Translations under genes and position numbers: made by a program | Source: Marsupella aquatica | Taxonomy: Eukaryota > Plantae > Marchantiophyta | NCBI GenBank assembly: GCA_973895155.1 | Contig: OZ316891.1 | Coordinates: 20,472,169-20,536,168, forward strand | Reading direction: 5' to 3' | Length of the DNA: 64,000 bases | Shown here: positions 1-14,028 of the stretch, one piece after another | Layout of the letters: each line of letters opens with the position of its first letter | Numbering within the stretch: position 1 is the stretch's first letter | The notes under the pieces: generated by a model | Told to the model about the DNA's origin: nothing | Databases searched by the model: none | What the model saw: only the letters and a program-made list of their open reading frames with translations

Positions 1-3000
1 ATAAAGATGATTGGGTCTGTTCATTCAGTGCTGTCTATTATTGTGCAGGTTTAGTAGCACACAAGATGAGAACATGTATCTCTTCCAAATGCTACCTGAG
101 GTGTGTTGAGTCACAGAATTGTGGAGGTTTCTTGAGACGAGTCATTCCAACAAGAATAGCGCAGTGGATTGTTGCCAGTGAAGTTTAGAGTTCACGCCTC
201 ATAAAATCAACATTATTTTGGACAAACCCATTTTCAAGTGAGGTTCACAATTGAAGATCATTCTCTGATCATCCAAATGAAAATGGGCAGCGTGTCAGGA
301 GTTTTACCAAATGAATTTCCCATACCTGAATAAATGCGATAGAAAAATAGAGTCCAGGTAGGACCAAAGAAAACCTTCAATCAGTTTATTGGGTCTTCTC
401 ATGTTCTATGCGTGCACTTTTTCACTTTTTGCTTGGGGGACCCACCAGAACAAAATTGCTGCCCTCCTTGGCGCTAGGTGGACTGGGGGCTGGGTTCAAG
501 CCTCACGTTGCAGTGAAGGAAGGGTTGGCAGCTGGAAGCTATGGATAGCAAGGATAGATAGGTAGCAAGGTACAGTAGGATGTTGGACTTTTAAAGGAGA
601 CTGGGTGGATGGATAGGGTAGGTCAGCCTACATGCCATAATACTAGGCTTACAAATAACCACGTAATGTGCAACACAACTGGATATTGTAAGTTGGATAA
701 CAACCCCGCCTCCTCTTCAAACACATCTTGGTGATAATTGCCCCCTTTTCCTTGCAAGATCCTGTCGATCTCTTTTCTTCAAGATCCTGTTTATCTCTTG
801 CAGTTGACTCTTAACCTGAATTTTTAGAGTGTGTGGCTTTTGCTCAATTAACTAAAGAAGTTGGAAATATCTTCTTGAGCTTGTTGAAGGGAGAGGATAT
901 GAAGATGGCGGATTTGGATGCTGTATTGTGCAAATGACCCACTTTTTCTGGCTTTCGGAGGATAAGCTTATCATGTTCACCTGGATGGACCACCCAAGGG
1001 TTTCAAGAGGTGTGCGGGTCACTCATGAGGACCACCAGCAGTAATAAGAGGGTTGGGACGTGGCCACATGTCTAGTGCATAGATGGTTGACTTACAAAGC
1101 TTACCACATCTTGATAGTATCTTAAACAATTTATAGATTTGGTCAAAAACTAAAGCACAAGGAAAAAGACCCATAGGTTTTATGCCAGCTATTCTATGAG
1201 TTTCAATCTCTTAACAACAGTTTCTTTTTAAGTGGTGAAATTTTTCAATAATTATTCCCAAGCGGAAATTCTTAGCCACTTTGGGCAAAACTTTGCCATG
1301 TATTTGTTCAGCCAGCTTTACCCACTTAGCTTGCCAAAGACTCCATTATAGACAATGTGACAGTCATCCATAAATATAGAAAGATCTAACAGTCAATAGT
1401 TAGATTTTGGACAGTTGCCATGCTGGCAAAGAACACCTGGAAATCACCCTGCTTCACACCCATTATTGCTAAGGCAACATAATTACATGATAGTGGCTGG
1501 AAAGATAATCTGAATGGATATTAAATTACTGTATAATGAAGGTTTAACAAGGGTGGTCTTGGGAAAAATCAAGTATATCAATTGGAGTAGAAGCCTTAAA
1601 CGACCACTGTCCCCAAAACAAAACCCTGTGAATCAAGGTTACCAAAATTGGTGAATAATGTTCTTTAAGAAATTAAAGTGCATTATTCTGTCCTCTCCTC
1701 ACGTTGACAGTGGCGGTCTATAGGTACACGGAAGTTCTTATTAGTTAAATGAAGTCTCTCTTTGCTGCCAGTCTCCTGGTCCATCCCTTCCCTTTACCGT
1801 CTCAACTTGTACATAGAGGAACACGGACGATTTACATGAAAATATCACACATCTCTTCATTTCCGTCTTATTTTAATGTTGAGTTTGTCCCTTTTCTAAT
1901 TGGCAACAATCTTTCTGGATTTTTGTGGCAATTGTGTTTCTACATGCAACCATCTTCGGAAAATTTGTCATAATGTGAGACTTGATTAGACTCCACTACT
2001 GAGGAAACATAATATGCTCGACTGTGCCACACATTGGGAGATCTCTTTCCTTGCAACTTGAACTTTGCCAATGAAAACGAAGATGCCTATCCTACAAACC
2101 CATTCAACATAAATCCCATAGGAAGCTTTCCAACACAAGGTTTTGCATACAACTAACACGAGATAAATGAAACTCAATTTTAAACAGCATATCGGAACTC
2201 AAACGCCTGATTTTTAAATACACTATCCTAATCATAAGGCAGTCCATTATTACCAATATTTATTACTTTTAGGTGAGAGAGCTACAGTAGTCGTCTAGAC
2301 GACCTGGCATGGCATTCCATAGTTAGGCCAATTGAAGACAAGTAAAATCCAAATTTGGGATTATTATTAATAATCTCCGACCTTCCACTTGCCTAAAATA
2401 TTTCACCAGAAAAATGTGTCAACGATGACACTAATGACGCCCTTATTTCTCTGACTTCTTCATGGGAGATACATTTATGGGCATCTAGATCGACGGCTTA
2501 AATCGTTCTTCCGTTGTGAACGTCCATTTTCTGTTCGTCGATTTTTCCTGTCGTCAGTGTTAATTACGCGTCTAATCTGTGTCATCGTAGATTCTGAGAA
2601 TTTACATGGTTTTCCTCCCTAAAGTGCTGACAAATTGATGGCAAAGTAATAATGGGATATTGGCCAAGACAAGTCATTTTGGAGAACCTCATGACAGTTC
2701 TGCATGTGTAGAGTCATAATGAGTTTCGGGACATGAATTGAACATTTGGCATGCCAACATTTTTTGATATTTGCATGCCTCAAGTTACACCTTATTAGGC
2801 AGACCTAACGGCATACAAAAGGGAGAACCAAGGACAGGGGACACAAACTCAATGGCTTTCTAGCCCTTGAGGTACTCAACCTTGAAATTAGGATAAATCA
2901 AAGAGACAATTTTTATTGGTCTTGAGTTTGTTTTTAGAACAAAAATTGGCCCTCCAGTTTGCTTTGGTTGAAAAATGGTCACAAGTGCCCCTCATCTTTG

Positions 3001-5768
3001 TAAAGTTAACCTTATCTTCACATTTACTTGAGTACATAGTTGTACCAATGTGGCTCTACACCTGGACACGGATACAGTTTAGGCATTGTGCCAAAACAAG
3101 GGCAAAAGTCATTTTCAGCTAAAATGAAGGGGAGGAGCCATGGGATGCAATTCCCCTGTTACAATGTGCAGTGGGACCATTTCTTAGCTGTGACCCATGT
3201 TACACAGGCCAAAAGAAAATGACAACACACCTACAGAAGTGGTAGGAAAGGTTGTCTCTCCATACTAGTGGCGACGAGATTTTGCTGCCCTCAAGAAAAT
3301 AGGATCGTGTAGTAGCGGACGGATGCTATCAAGACTAGCACAAAACATTGTTGCTAAAATTGAAGCCCAGATGGATACTTTGTAAGGGTGTCCAGGTACA
3401 CTAATGTAACAGGGATAGACCATGCAGAAACATGAAAGAATGCTCCAATAAAACTCTCAAAAGACTGAAAGAGGACTGGTTATAGGCATTTATACCTGTT
3501 GCATTTGGGGCCTCTGTCAAGTATGTGCAGGACAAATACCTCTAACTCCATTTCCTTACTACAAACAACCCCATTGCAGCCTCTGTTGGGATTTGATTAG
3601 AGGCACATTTTCAAATCAATAGAGCAAAGCTACATTCAAATATTACATGTGTTAACCCATAGTCACTTGGGGACCGTGACTGTAATCACCTGGGCTCATT
3701 GCCCTTGGCATCTATTGTTGTGTTTTTTATGTTCCTAATGTATGTATTGGGGCATCCCTACAAATCTGTAGGTGGACGGGTCTTGATCACGCACTCTAAA
3801 AAGCACAAGTCTATCTCTGCTCTAAGCCCCATTACATCCCATAACCAATTGGGGCGATGGGTGACCCTACACGAAAAAAACTCCGAAATTGTTCTAGTGG
3901 ATAAAGTAAAGTGCTGCGTTAATGAGGTGCTACGTTCAGTAAAACAAATAAATAAAATCTACGAGAAATTACGCTAGACATTGGATGACTACTCTTCATT
4001 TAACAATAAATATTTATGAGCTAATTTTACCATAGGCAAGCGAAAAGGATCAATCGCATGAGGTAGGTGGAGTCCGTACACACAGACCGTATACTGACAA
4101 GACAGGGCCGTACTTCACGTCCAATGGAGTTTTTTCTTCTAGCTGCCAGGTTTCACGTCCCAAGGACCGATGGACAAGAATCCCACAACCCAAGGGGTCG
4201 GGGAGGTCCGGAAGAGTCGTTCGGGAAAAAGAAAGTTAGCCTGCTGCCCGAGTTGGGCAGGGTAAAGAAATCGGGATTATTAACCGGGCAGGAGGGAAGA
4301 AACCCGACGGCCGGGAGCCCCGTCCGGGCAGTTTCGCCGTGGGGCGGGCAGGGTGAGAATGTCGTAGTCTGAGAGCGACTAGCCAATAGACGGGCAGCTA
4401 AAGACTGCCTGACGAAATGATACTAATGATGAGTAGAGTCACTACAGTCATCTTCGCAAAGTCAAATGTTTTCCATAATGACCGAAAAACTTTTCGCTCT
4501 CTCTCTCTCTCTCTCTCTTTCTCTTTCTCTTTGTTTGTTTGTTTCTTTCTTTCTTTTTCCAGCAGTGTGTCTCGGGATGAAGTACTGATCTGACCGCAAA
4601 CACCGTCCTAGAAGAGTTGGGATGCTGTCGAGTTGCTGCCCAATCTGATCATCCCAAAAATGATATGTATTCCAAAGGCCCAACTCCCAAACGAGTCTCA
4701 GGTGGGTCAAACCCCATACGATTTCTTTCAATCATTATTTTTTCCCCCCTTTCTGCCAAATTACTGCTTGAGTACCAAACGGAATATCTCACTCAATTTG
4801 TTATCATCAAGTATATACCCCAGTGCCAAAGAACCAAAAGGGCAAAATAAAGAGACTAGATCCCAAAGGCAGGGGACCTAATAAAGAGGAGTGATTAAGG
4901 GAAACACCTCAAAAGACCAAAAAGCTCAAGACTCTAGCCAATCGGGACAAGATCCCTAAGAGTGGAGACCCAATAAAAGGGAGAGAGCAGGGGGGAGCCG
5001 CAGGAAGATGGAAAAGCCAGATCCCTAAGAGAGGAGACCCAATAAAAGGGAGAGAACAAGGGGAAAGCCCCCGGCAGATGGAACAAAGCCAAAAAACCAG
5101 AGAGTCTCAAACACCTGCAAAAGAATAAAATCCCCACTCAAGAGTAAAATGAAAAGCCTGGTATTGCTCCGGAGTAAACCACTTATGAGGGTCGCTGAGT
5201 GGAGTCTGTCTAGAGGCCTTACATCCAACAGTTTGTGCTCATTATGTGCCCTCGAGTTTGGAAGCACTTTCTGAATGTAAGGGTGGCTTACAAGATTAGG
5301 GGGCATGTGCCACATGTTCTCACCAAAGCAAACTGGAGGGCTTGTTCTTACTATGGACTATGGGTAGACAATCTTTTAAAATGAAGTTCAATCCAATTTA
5401 CTAAAAACGGCCTGACATAGTACAATGGAGTAGACGCAAAAGAGGTAGACAAGACAAACACCGAGTTCAGAAGAAGAGGGCAAAAGTGTAAACCCAGAAA
5501 ACCCAGATTGAAGGAAAAACAAATCCAGATCCCTTGAAAGAGGAGCCAAGTTTGGAAATGTTTGGAGTTTCCACCACCTCTAGAGGTGGTATAAAATTCT
5601 GAACAGAATAAGAATTCCGCATCAGAATTTGAAACTACTTGCAGGATTGGTAGAAACCACATCTGAACAAACCTTGAGATAGTTTAAATGCAAGTGCAAC
5701 TGTTTCCCAAATTATACAGTCCAGTTTCAATCTCACACGGTTACAAAGAATCAATAGACTCCCATGTC

Positions 5769-6113
5769 TGTTAGGATTTACTCTTAGGTCTAGAGTAACG
5801 ACTGTACCGTAGTTAAGGCTAACCTTAGTCATAGACTTGGTTAGGTTAGTCATGTTGTGCACACTCTATAACCAAGCGGTGTTTGCTTGGAGAGTGGGAA
5901 CTTAGGCTCATTGTTACGGAGCTAGTTGAGAGATAGGGAGAGCTTGTGTTGTGGATGCTTGGTATGGCCGGTCGGTCTAGAGTGCAGTAAAGCTCTCGTG
6001 TGTTCCCATGGACGTAGCCTCATGTGGAGGTGAATCACGTATCTCTCTGTGTCGACTCTTGTGCGTTGAATGGTTCATGGGCTTGCCATTGCGATTGTCG
6101 TCTATGCTTAACA
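5769..6113 (+). mobile_element. Solo LTR, Ty1/Copia-like
   Basis: Begins TGTTAG, ends AACA, flanked by identical 5-bp ATGTC (5764-5768 and 6114-6118). Contains CCCATGGACGTAGCC...GGTGAATCACGTA, a motif typical of Copia LTRs. Homologous to 35682-35997 and 36439-36782. Confidence 0.85.
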
Positions 6114-7865
6114 ATGTCTTGTTAATCCACAATCATGCTCAACATGCAGCATGTTCTTCTTTTTCCTCTTGAAACACAATTGTTCGTTGCCTGGTTGTGT
6201 CCCATTTGCTTTCCTAAACCTTGGAGTTTGTTTTCTCTCTGCCTGCTGGTTTTTGCTGTGGTGACTTTGAATGCATTCAGTGCACGCCACCTCTTCTAAG
6301 AAACATGTTCTCATCTGGCACCCAAGCCTACCTTGGCCTTTTCACAATCAGTTTTAATGGAGCCATTGCTTAAAACTAGTATGCACTACAACGAGTGAAC
6401 TGGAACAAGTTTGAAGTACAAACAAATGGCCTACTACTACTGGAATCAAGGGTTGCAGGACCCTAAGTTCATTTTCTTTGAGTTATTTGAAGTTTGAAAA
6501 TTTGACAACTAAGTCCTTTCTTCACTGGAGCCACCAGCTTAAATGTCCGGCTAAGCCTTTGGATCAGATGGGATAAAAAGAAATTGCTATTAGTATGATG
6601 GTTGAAGTTATTTTGACTCTAAATCCATTGCATCTTGGTTAAAATGCAAAGATGTGGATTCAAGTCTCTTTGGAATCCTATGGGAGAAAAATTATGGGGA
6701 AGCGTTGCCATCTGAGCTTGTAGCTCCTAGCTTTATTTTGAGCAACTCCACTGCATTACTTGGCACTGTTTCTCCCACTTCCCATCTCAATTTCATCAAT
6801 AGAGTTTAGTTTATCTATATCCCTCTTCTTTCCAGTATCCAGTGATATCTGGTGGTTTTGTGCTATTAGGCTTAGGCCTCCAGTCTTTCCTTTGTGACTT
6901 AGTTTTTTGTTAATATGCCTACCATCTGTCATACATCAAGTTTGGCAAGTTGAGGGGACTTAGTTTTGGTGCTTGCTAAAATGGGCAAAACTGTGGTCAG
7001 GATAAGAATCTTTTTAGGGTCCCCTCAACCTGTTTCAACACTGATTCTGGTGCAAGCCCAAAAAGTTGTAGTTGACTGCCAAACAACACAATACCGGCAG
7101 TGAGGCACTGGTGCAATGCTCTAAGGCTTGTAGTTTCTTCTTTGTATCTAAAGTTCAGGCTCTCCCCAAAAAAACTGGGAATGGAATGAGGTCAAAGAGA
7201 GCTCCTAAAAATCTTTGGGAACTAGACAGTGTTGACAATGAGTGATGGTGTAAACTTTAGACATTTGTAACACCCATTAGATTGGTTGGAAAGATCTTTC
7301 CAAGGGGCTTCTAACTAGACCACGATAAACTGATTCTGCTAAATACAAGGGAGATATTGAATATCAAACTTTGCTGTTGGAAATCTTATCCAAACGCGAT
7401 GTCAATGAGTGAAAGTGCAAAAGGTGTCCCTGGGTCCATGGGAACATCATTTTCGAACACATCTTATCGTTCCAAAATTGGTAGTCTCCCAAACCAAACT
7501 CACCCAAGACACGATATGGGTTACTCACATGCAGAGCAACAACAAACATAGAGTTTAGCTGGCTGGCAGCTATTGTGGCCCAAAAGGAAAACAAAATTCT
7601 AGAGCCAGACCCAAAGCAAAATGACACACGTTTACTGTACACCCACCACCAACTCGTCTGATAAGTCAGTCTGTCAGTCAAGTGTAAGACAACACTTTGA
7701 CGGCTGTGTTAACCTTACAAAGCAAGTGCCCTTTGACATTTGCCCCTTACAGTACCTATGGGTGCCTGACTGGCAAGCAAGGCCCTCCTGAATCTCACCA
7801 GATTATTGAATGATTGATGAACTTGGGCTGTCCCAAAAAAATGGCTTTTAGTCATGTAGTCAGTG

Positions 7866-8445
7866 CATTGCATCTCCTAAATGACAAAAATGATCCGGGT
7901 AAGTCAGAGAATAAAATAAACAACAAAAATCATGACCTCGACTAGATGCAAAGTTGTCATAATCGATTGCCGGTGTCAAACAACCAAACTACCTATATTT
8001 TGGATCTGGCGTACAAAATTGTACCTAATTTTAGATGGGTGCTTACATACTCTGGGTTCCTGTCTTGGGTGTCACTATTGGCAAATGATTACAGATAATA
8101 AACCAAATCGGCGAAAGGTAATTAGAAGCTTGGGGAGATAATTGCATCTTCCAAACGACAAAAATGAACCGAGAAAGTCAGAGGATAAAGTAAACAACAA
8201 ATATCACAACCTGAACTGGATGCAACGTTATAATAATAGCTTGCGGCATGACGGGTGTCAAAACACCCAAACTCCATATAATCTGGATATGGCGTACCAA
8301 ATTGGATCTAAGTTTAGATGAGTGGTTACATACTCTGATTTCTCTTGGTTCCTATCTTGAGTGTCACTATTGGCAAATGATTACAGATAATAAAACAAAT
8401 AAACGAAAGCAGCAAAAAGCATGGGGAAGTCAGGAGCTTGGGGAG
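7866..8445. repeat. Diverged tandem duplication, two units of about 275 bp
   Basis: ATTGCATCT..AAATGACAAAAATGA..AGTCAGAG starts at about 7867 and 8141; GTGTCACTATTGGCAAATGATTACAGATAATAAA occurs in both units. Confidence 0.8.
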
Positions 8446-11400
8446 ATAGCAGTAAGAGTCAAAAGTTGAAGTTAATGAAGGCCTTTGGTAAAATTCAAAT
8501 GGTCCAAAATAAAAGAGTAATGAAACTCCACAAATATCTCACATGTATAAATATAGCCCTAAGCCGAGGGGAGACTTCACCAAAGAGGCTACACTCGTTG
8601 TTTTTGCTAGAATTGGAGACTTAGCACAAAAGAGAGGATGGTACTGTCGTCAAGTCTAGTCCATGCAAATAATGAATAATTCCAAAAAAAATGGGCGCCT
8701 AAAAAATGGTGGGCTGTAAAATATGCAAATGAGTTTCAAAAAATAGGGAGTAAATTAAATTCCAAGACGTGACAGCCTGAAAAACTTCATATAATGCCCT
8801 GAAGAATAGTTTTGCCTGGGGATAAGGAAAGGTAGACTGAGAAAACTGAAAACAATTAAATGGCCACCCACACAAGTCTGCAAGCAAGAGAAAACTGCTT
8901 TTGCAATTGATAACAACAAACCAAGTTACCTTGCAAAGTATTACATATTTCCAATGTCAACTAGCACAAATCAAGTTACCTGTACTGTATGTGTGCAAAG
9001 TATTACATAGTTCCAATGTCGTTATTATTAGGTCAGCCCCTGATGTTCTCTTAAACCCCAACTCTCCACCCATCCAACCCCCCCCCCCCCCCCCCCCACA
9101 AGTATGCAAATGCATCTTATGCATGGAAGTTGATTTGTCCTCAACATCACTAATGCTGGTCCAAAATGCCACAATAATTTAGCCTTAAAGTGATTAGTAT
9201 TACAACATAGCTCCAAGCTTGCTTCCTCTTCCTGAATTTTCCAATAACTACACAGCCAAATTTTCTTAAGAAGATAAGCCCAAACGGATATAGGTATTAG
9301 CTTTTTTTTATCAACGGAGGCAGAACTGCTGACATTTCCATGTCCTCAGAAGATTCATTTCTCAACCATTTGCCAGTGTGGTATGTAGTCAGATTATAAA
9401 GCATGAAATGACTTTCTTGGTGTTGGCCATATTTGAGCACTTTCACCAGCCAAAGGGAGTTATTGTTGAAGCGCAAATTAAGCAAGACTGAACCCTGAAA
9501 TCACAAGATTTCTTGTGCGCTTTGTGAAACCTGGTTGCAAGTCTCAATGCTGGCCTCAGTGCTCTCACACCAGTCAGCCTTATGTATTCTTGCTCCAACT
9601 TAAAACCAAAGACACTATCATACTAGATCTGGCAAAACTGGATGAAATAGGGACACTAGTCTTTGAATTTTGATGTTTGTGTTTGCGACATATGAAAATG
9701 ATCGAACGCTCAAATCCAGACATCATCCCTTGTTGCATATGCAATGTTGTCAGACAAAGCTTCTAGCCCCTTATGAGGTTCACAACCATTTAAAGCATTA
9801 TGTGTTGTCAAGTATGCAATATAACCCTTTGTTCCCTTGGTCACCAGGTCCCCCACCTGGTATTTGTCTTGTGGACAGATGGATAGCAGGAAGTAAGGAG
9901 CTTGTTCCTGTAGAGCCTTGACTAGCTTGAAAATTGAGGTTGCAATGTGCAAAAATTGAGGTTGTAACTGGCACAAAATTATGGGTTGCTCTTGCAAAAC
10001 TAAACCCCTCTTTAAAATTATTTTTCAACATTAGTACAATGATCAGTTGTAGGTCAAAACAATGTAATTAAATGTTGGGTATTAAAGTTACTTGATTTCA
10101 AGATGAAAGATCACTTTGAAAATAATTGAGAGCCTACAAGGTAGGTTTGGGAGAACTGAAATTTGCTTCAAGAAAAAGGGCAAATCTATATTTATTACTT
10201 GAAAATCTCCCATAAATCTTAAGCAAAAACTTTGCAGCACTTGGGAAGTCTAATGCCATGAGACTCAAACAAACTAACCAATATTGGATGGCCCTAGTCC
10301 AGTAAAAACTAATCATAGTCATCTTGCAAACCAGGAATTGCATGGACGGTCCACTGAAATATGATAAAGAAACAGACAAATCCCATTGTTCAACAGCTTG
10401 ATGCACATTTAAATGAGAGATGAGCTAGTGTATCCTGAGTTTGATCACACCTTTCCCAATGCAAAGTTTGTGACTACTTTTTGTTGGGAAGAAAGGAAAC
10501 ATTTGACACGTAGTGAAAATAGCAGTGGAGAATGGTACTGGGAAATGTCTATGCTGACAGCAAGGAGATGCAAGCTGTGCTTCATGAAGTTTGCATTGCT
10601 GCCTCAAAGAGACATTGTTACTCTGCCATGTTTCAGTAGATACATAACAAAATAACAATTTAATTCACTATCAAGACACTTGAATACAGATTTTGAAAGG
10701 CAATTTACAAATTCTATGTAAAGTGCCTGTCTCAACTGACTGAGGATTTCCAAAGTTTGATAAAAGGATAGGTGTGAGAGTGTGCCCCGTATCACTGATC
10801 CTATGTGGTCAAACGCTAAGGGCTGAAAATAAGGTGTGAACCAACCTTACTGAACAAGTAGAAAGGCATCTTGACTGACTGAACTTAGTGAAGTTTGGAA
10901 ACTTGAACACTTGATTCTGCATTCTTTTTTTTGCTTGAAACTAAAAGCTTACCCATCCAATAGAGAATAGACGATCACCTCTGTAGGGTAGCCACAAGGG
11001 GGTTATACCTAGGGATCCTACATGGACCCAGACCAGGAGGGGGAGAGGGTTGGACCAGAGCCCAAAGCAGGGACCAGCCGGGGGCTGAGGAGAAATTAGG
11101 ACTTCCACCACTACACCCCACCTCGGGGGGGGGGGGGGGGGGTTAGCTTAGTGTAAATTTTGGGGTACCACCTGCGTCCTAGCCAAATTTAAATACGCCT
11201 ATTTTCCAAAGAGAACACTCCAAGAATATCCTAAATTGTCAATATAACTTACCTATTTTACATTATTAAAAAGTATTAGAGAATATTTTATAAATGTGAG
11301 TTTACAATATCCTCTTTTATCGCCTATCATTTTTAAGAATCTAGCTAATTCTATCAAAACTAAATATTTTGGATTGCAGGTGGTTCCTATGATTTTTGAT

Positions 11401-13850
11401 AATTGACCCCCCAAGCAACCCCCCCCCCCACACACACACATACCCTCCATAACCCTTGCGTGTGGAAGCGGGGACTAAACCTGGGACCTCTTGCAATTTT
11501 GCAATCTAAGGAGCCAAGAACAACGGGTGCAATCTTCCCAATATTCTAAGGCAGGAGGAGTTGGGAGGATATGAAGTATGGGTTGAAGGGTGGGAGGGCA
11601 AAGTACTACTCATAACAAAAGAAATATTATTTATACTTTTGTGACTAAACTCTTTTTGGTCATGGACCTGGTTTAGCATTGTGAATTGGCATCCTCTACA
11701 CAGCCTTCTAAAATGGGAGCTGTTTCCCTCCACTTCTTATGAGCAGTTATTTCTAGCGACAAGTCCAAAATTAGGCATCAACAAGCAATGCATTTTTCTG
11801 TTGCTTGTGAGCTCAAATATTGGGGGTTCAACTTTGTATATATTTTTACGACACCATAATTGACTTATGATTGTCTATCATCAATCATAACCTGATTAAA
11901 ATAACTGTACTGCAAGGATATTCCATAAATTACTATGGTAAATTTGCAATAACCGATTTTATTCTTCCAAAAAATCTAATAAGGAACATTTGTTGTTTAG
12001 TGTCATAAACATATTCTTTTGTTTTCTATCTTATTAAAAATTTCTATCAAAACAATATGAAAATACTTCTCCTAGATCAGAGGTCCTTCCTACAAATTTC
12101 TGGAGTTGACCCAGGAGTCAAAGCCAAAGCCAGATTATGGGGGCAACAAAAACCAAAGCCAGATTATGGGGGCTTCTTCACCAGGCCTAAAGGCCACCAA
12201 TCAATAGGAAGCCCATGGCCTTCTTCACACAGTCCAGCATAGCCCATAAATAGGATCGGTTGCTGGCAAAAGCGCAGGGCTCCAAACATTGGAAGCCGGT
12301 CAGGCGTTTTGGTAATTGGTATGGGGAGAGACACCCCCAAAGAATCATGAGAATCCAACCAAAGCAAAAGACTGGAAATACACCTTTTTAGAATCAGACA
12401 AGAAGTAGCACCCAACGAAACCCGGTCATCAGTCGGCGCATCTCTGAATCTCTTCGTTCGCCCTCTCAAGTCTCAACGAACTGTTACCACTACCCACAGG
12501 AGATTCTCAGTACGAGGAACGGCCCTGCCCAAATCCCAATCACACAGCTTTCGTTCAAAGAGTGGGGATCGGGATAGTTGAACGTTTTTCCCCCCATCCC
12601 CACTAAGTTTTCGGCAGCCGCTGCCCTTGCCGAAGCAGCCGCACAGGTGCCGGCACTGCCGCTCTCCGATGGCCGCTCATCGAATCCACCGTAGCGACAA
12701 ACACCGACCTGTCAGCGCCGGCCAGCGGCGAACCTCCCAACCGGACGTCGATGCCGTGTCCCCGGCAAACCGACGGCCGTCTTGCCGCACGGTATATCAG
12801 CGTCGTATGCCGAGTGGGGCAGCACTACTGGTACGTAGTCTTCCCCCACTACGCAGCGTCGACCCGGACACCCGGTCTTCAACCCTGCCCGCATGCCCGA
12901 CTGATGATTGTGTACTCCCATTGCCTGCCCGCCCTGCTGCCCGTCATGGCCCTCTGAGTACATACGGAAGATCTCCAGTACGGTTGTTTTGAACCGGACT
13001 GGCCTTATTATGATGGAACCGGGGGTCAGTTAAACTGTAAGGGCACCCCATGCTTACCTTACCCCACACCTGCCCTGATCGGCTGATCCAACGCTGTTCT
13101 GGTTAATGGGCCAGGAAGTGACAGGAAGTCCGCCACGTTGGTCGCGGGCTGCCGGGCAGCTCCTCACAAAAATCTCCTGTCACACAGACTGTGTTACTGT
13201 TCCGCATTTACCAGAAAGGCGTATCCCCCGTCTATTTCGAGCCGTGTTTGTTCCCGTCTGCCTGCGTGCCCGGCTCCCTGCCCGCCCGTGCTTGTACGTA
13301 CTCCGGGTGGACGAATTCGCCACCGCTCCCCTGGTCCGGGCTGCCCGCCATGCCCAGTCCGCACCGTTATCATTAATTATATTTATTTGCTCGATTGGAC
13401 ATTTGGACGCTTGTCTTCAAATCTCCCCGAGAACTTCGGTTTCCTCTCCGTCGATCACCAGCGACAAAAGCCCACCAGGTCAGCCCAGTCGCACTGTCAC
13501 TCGCATTTATCACAGCGCGGATCGAACGGCCGTCGAGACGATCTCGCACACTCGAGAATCTCCAGCCGTAGATTGGAGTGATAATATATGATGATGGACA
13601 TGCGAGTCTGCGTGGAAATATCGGGTCCCCATGCTTTACTCCACCCCGCCGGTCTGCCCGCCAGCCCGCCAGCCCGTGTCATGATCTCGGTCCAGCAGGG
13701 ATCTGTACTTCCGCAGCCCGTCCATGCGAAGGGCCGCTTGGGGCAGGGCGGGCAGGAAGCGAGGGCGGGCAGCGGGCAGAGGCGAGCAGGCGGTGTGATG
13801 ATGCAAGATGTTGGAAAGCTGAGGGCAGCAGGGAGGGGGATTAGCAGCGG

Positions 13851-13860
13851 GTATAAGAAT
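13851..13860 (+). promoter_or_regulatory. Putative TATA-like box of the CRF gene
   Basis: GTATAAGAAT lies just upstream of a pyrimidine-rich stretch and of the predicted leader exon 1, after a GC-rich region. Confidence 0.4.
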
Positions 13861-13908
13861 CCCGCGCTGCTATCTTCTTCCCCCTTTACCGTGCTTGCTG
13901 CTCGAGCG

Positions 13909-14028
13909 ATGTCTTTGGCTTTGCCGAGTCTGAACAGAGAGGAGTGCGAACTCCACCACCAATACCACAACATCTCCACCACCAATTCCCCTCTTCTTCG
14001 AGGTCTGCGCCTCCGCTTCTTTCCGTAG
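13909..14028 (+). promoter_or_regulatory. AUG-initiated uORF (39 aa) in leader exon 1 of the CRF gene
   Basis: ATG 13909 encodes MSLALPSLNREECELHHQYHNISTTNSPLLRGLRLRFFP*; its TAG (14026-14028) abuts the GTAAGA donor at 14029. Confidence 0.6.

Noticed and set aside
1-4000. Short ORFs in the first 4 kb
   Set aside because: No recognisable domains or coherent splice structure; probably decayed repeats or intergenic DNA.
8700-10900. Possible degenerate transposase on the minus strand
   Set aside because: Fragments look vaguely protein-like, but I found no DDE, hAT or RT motif.
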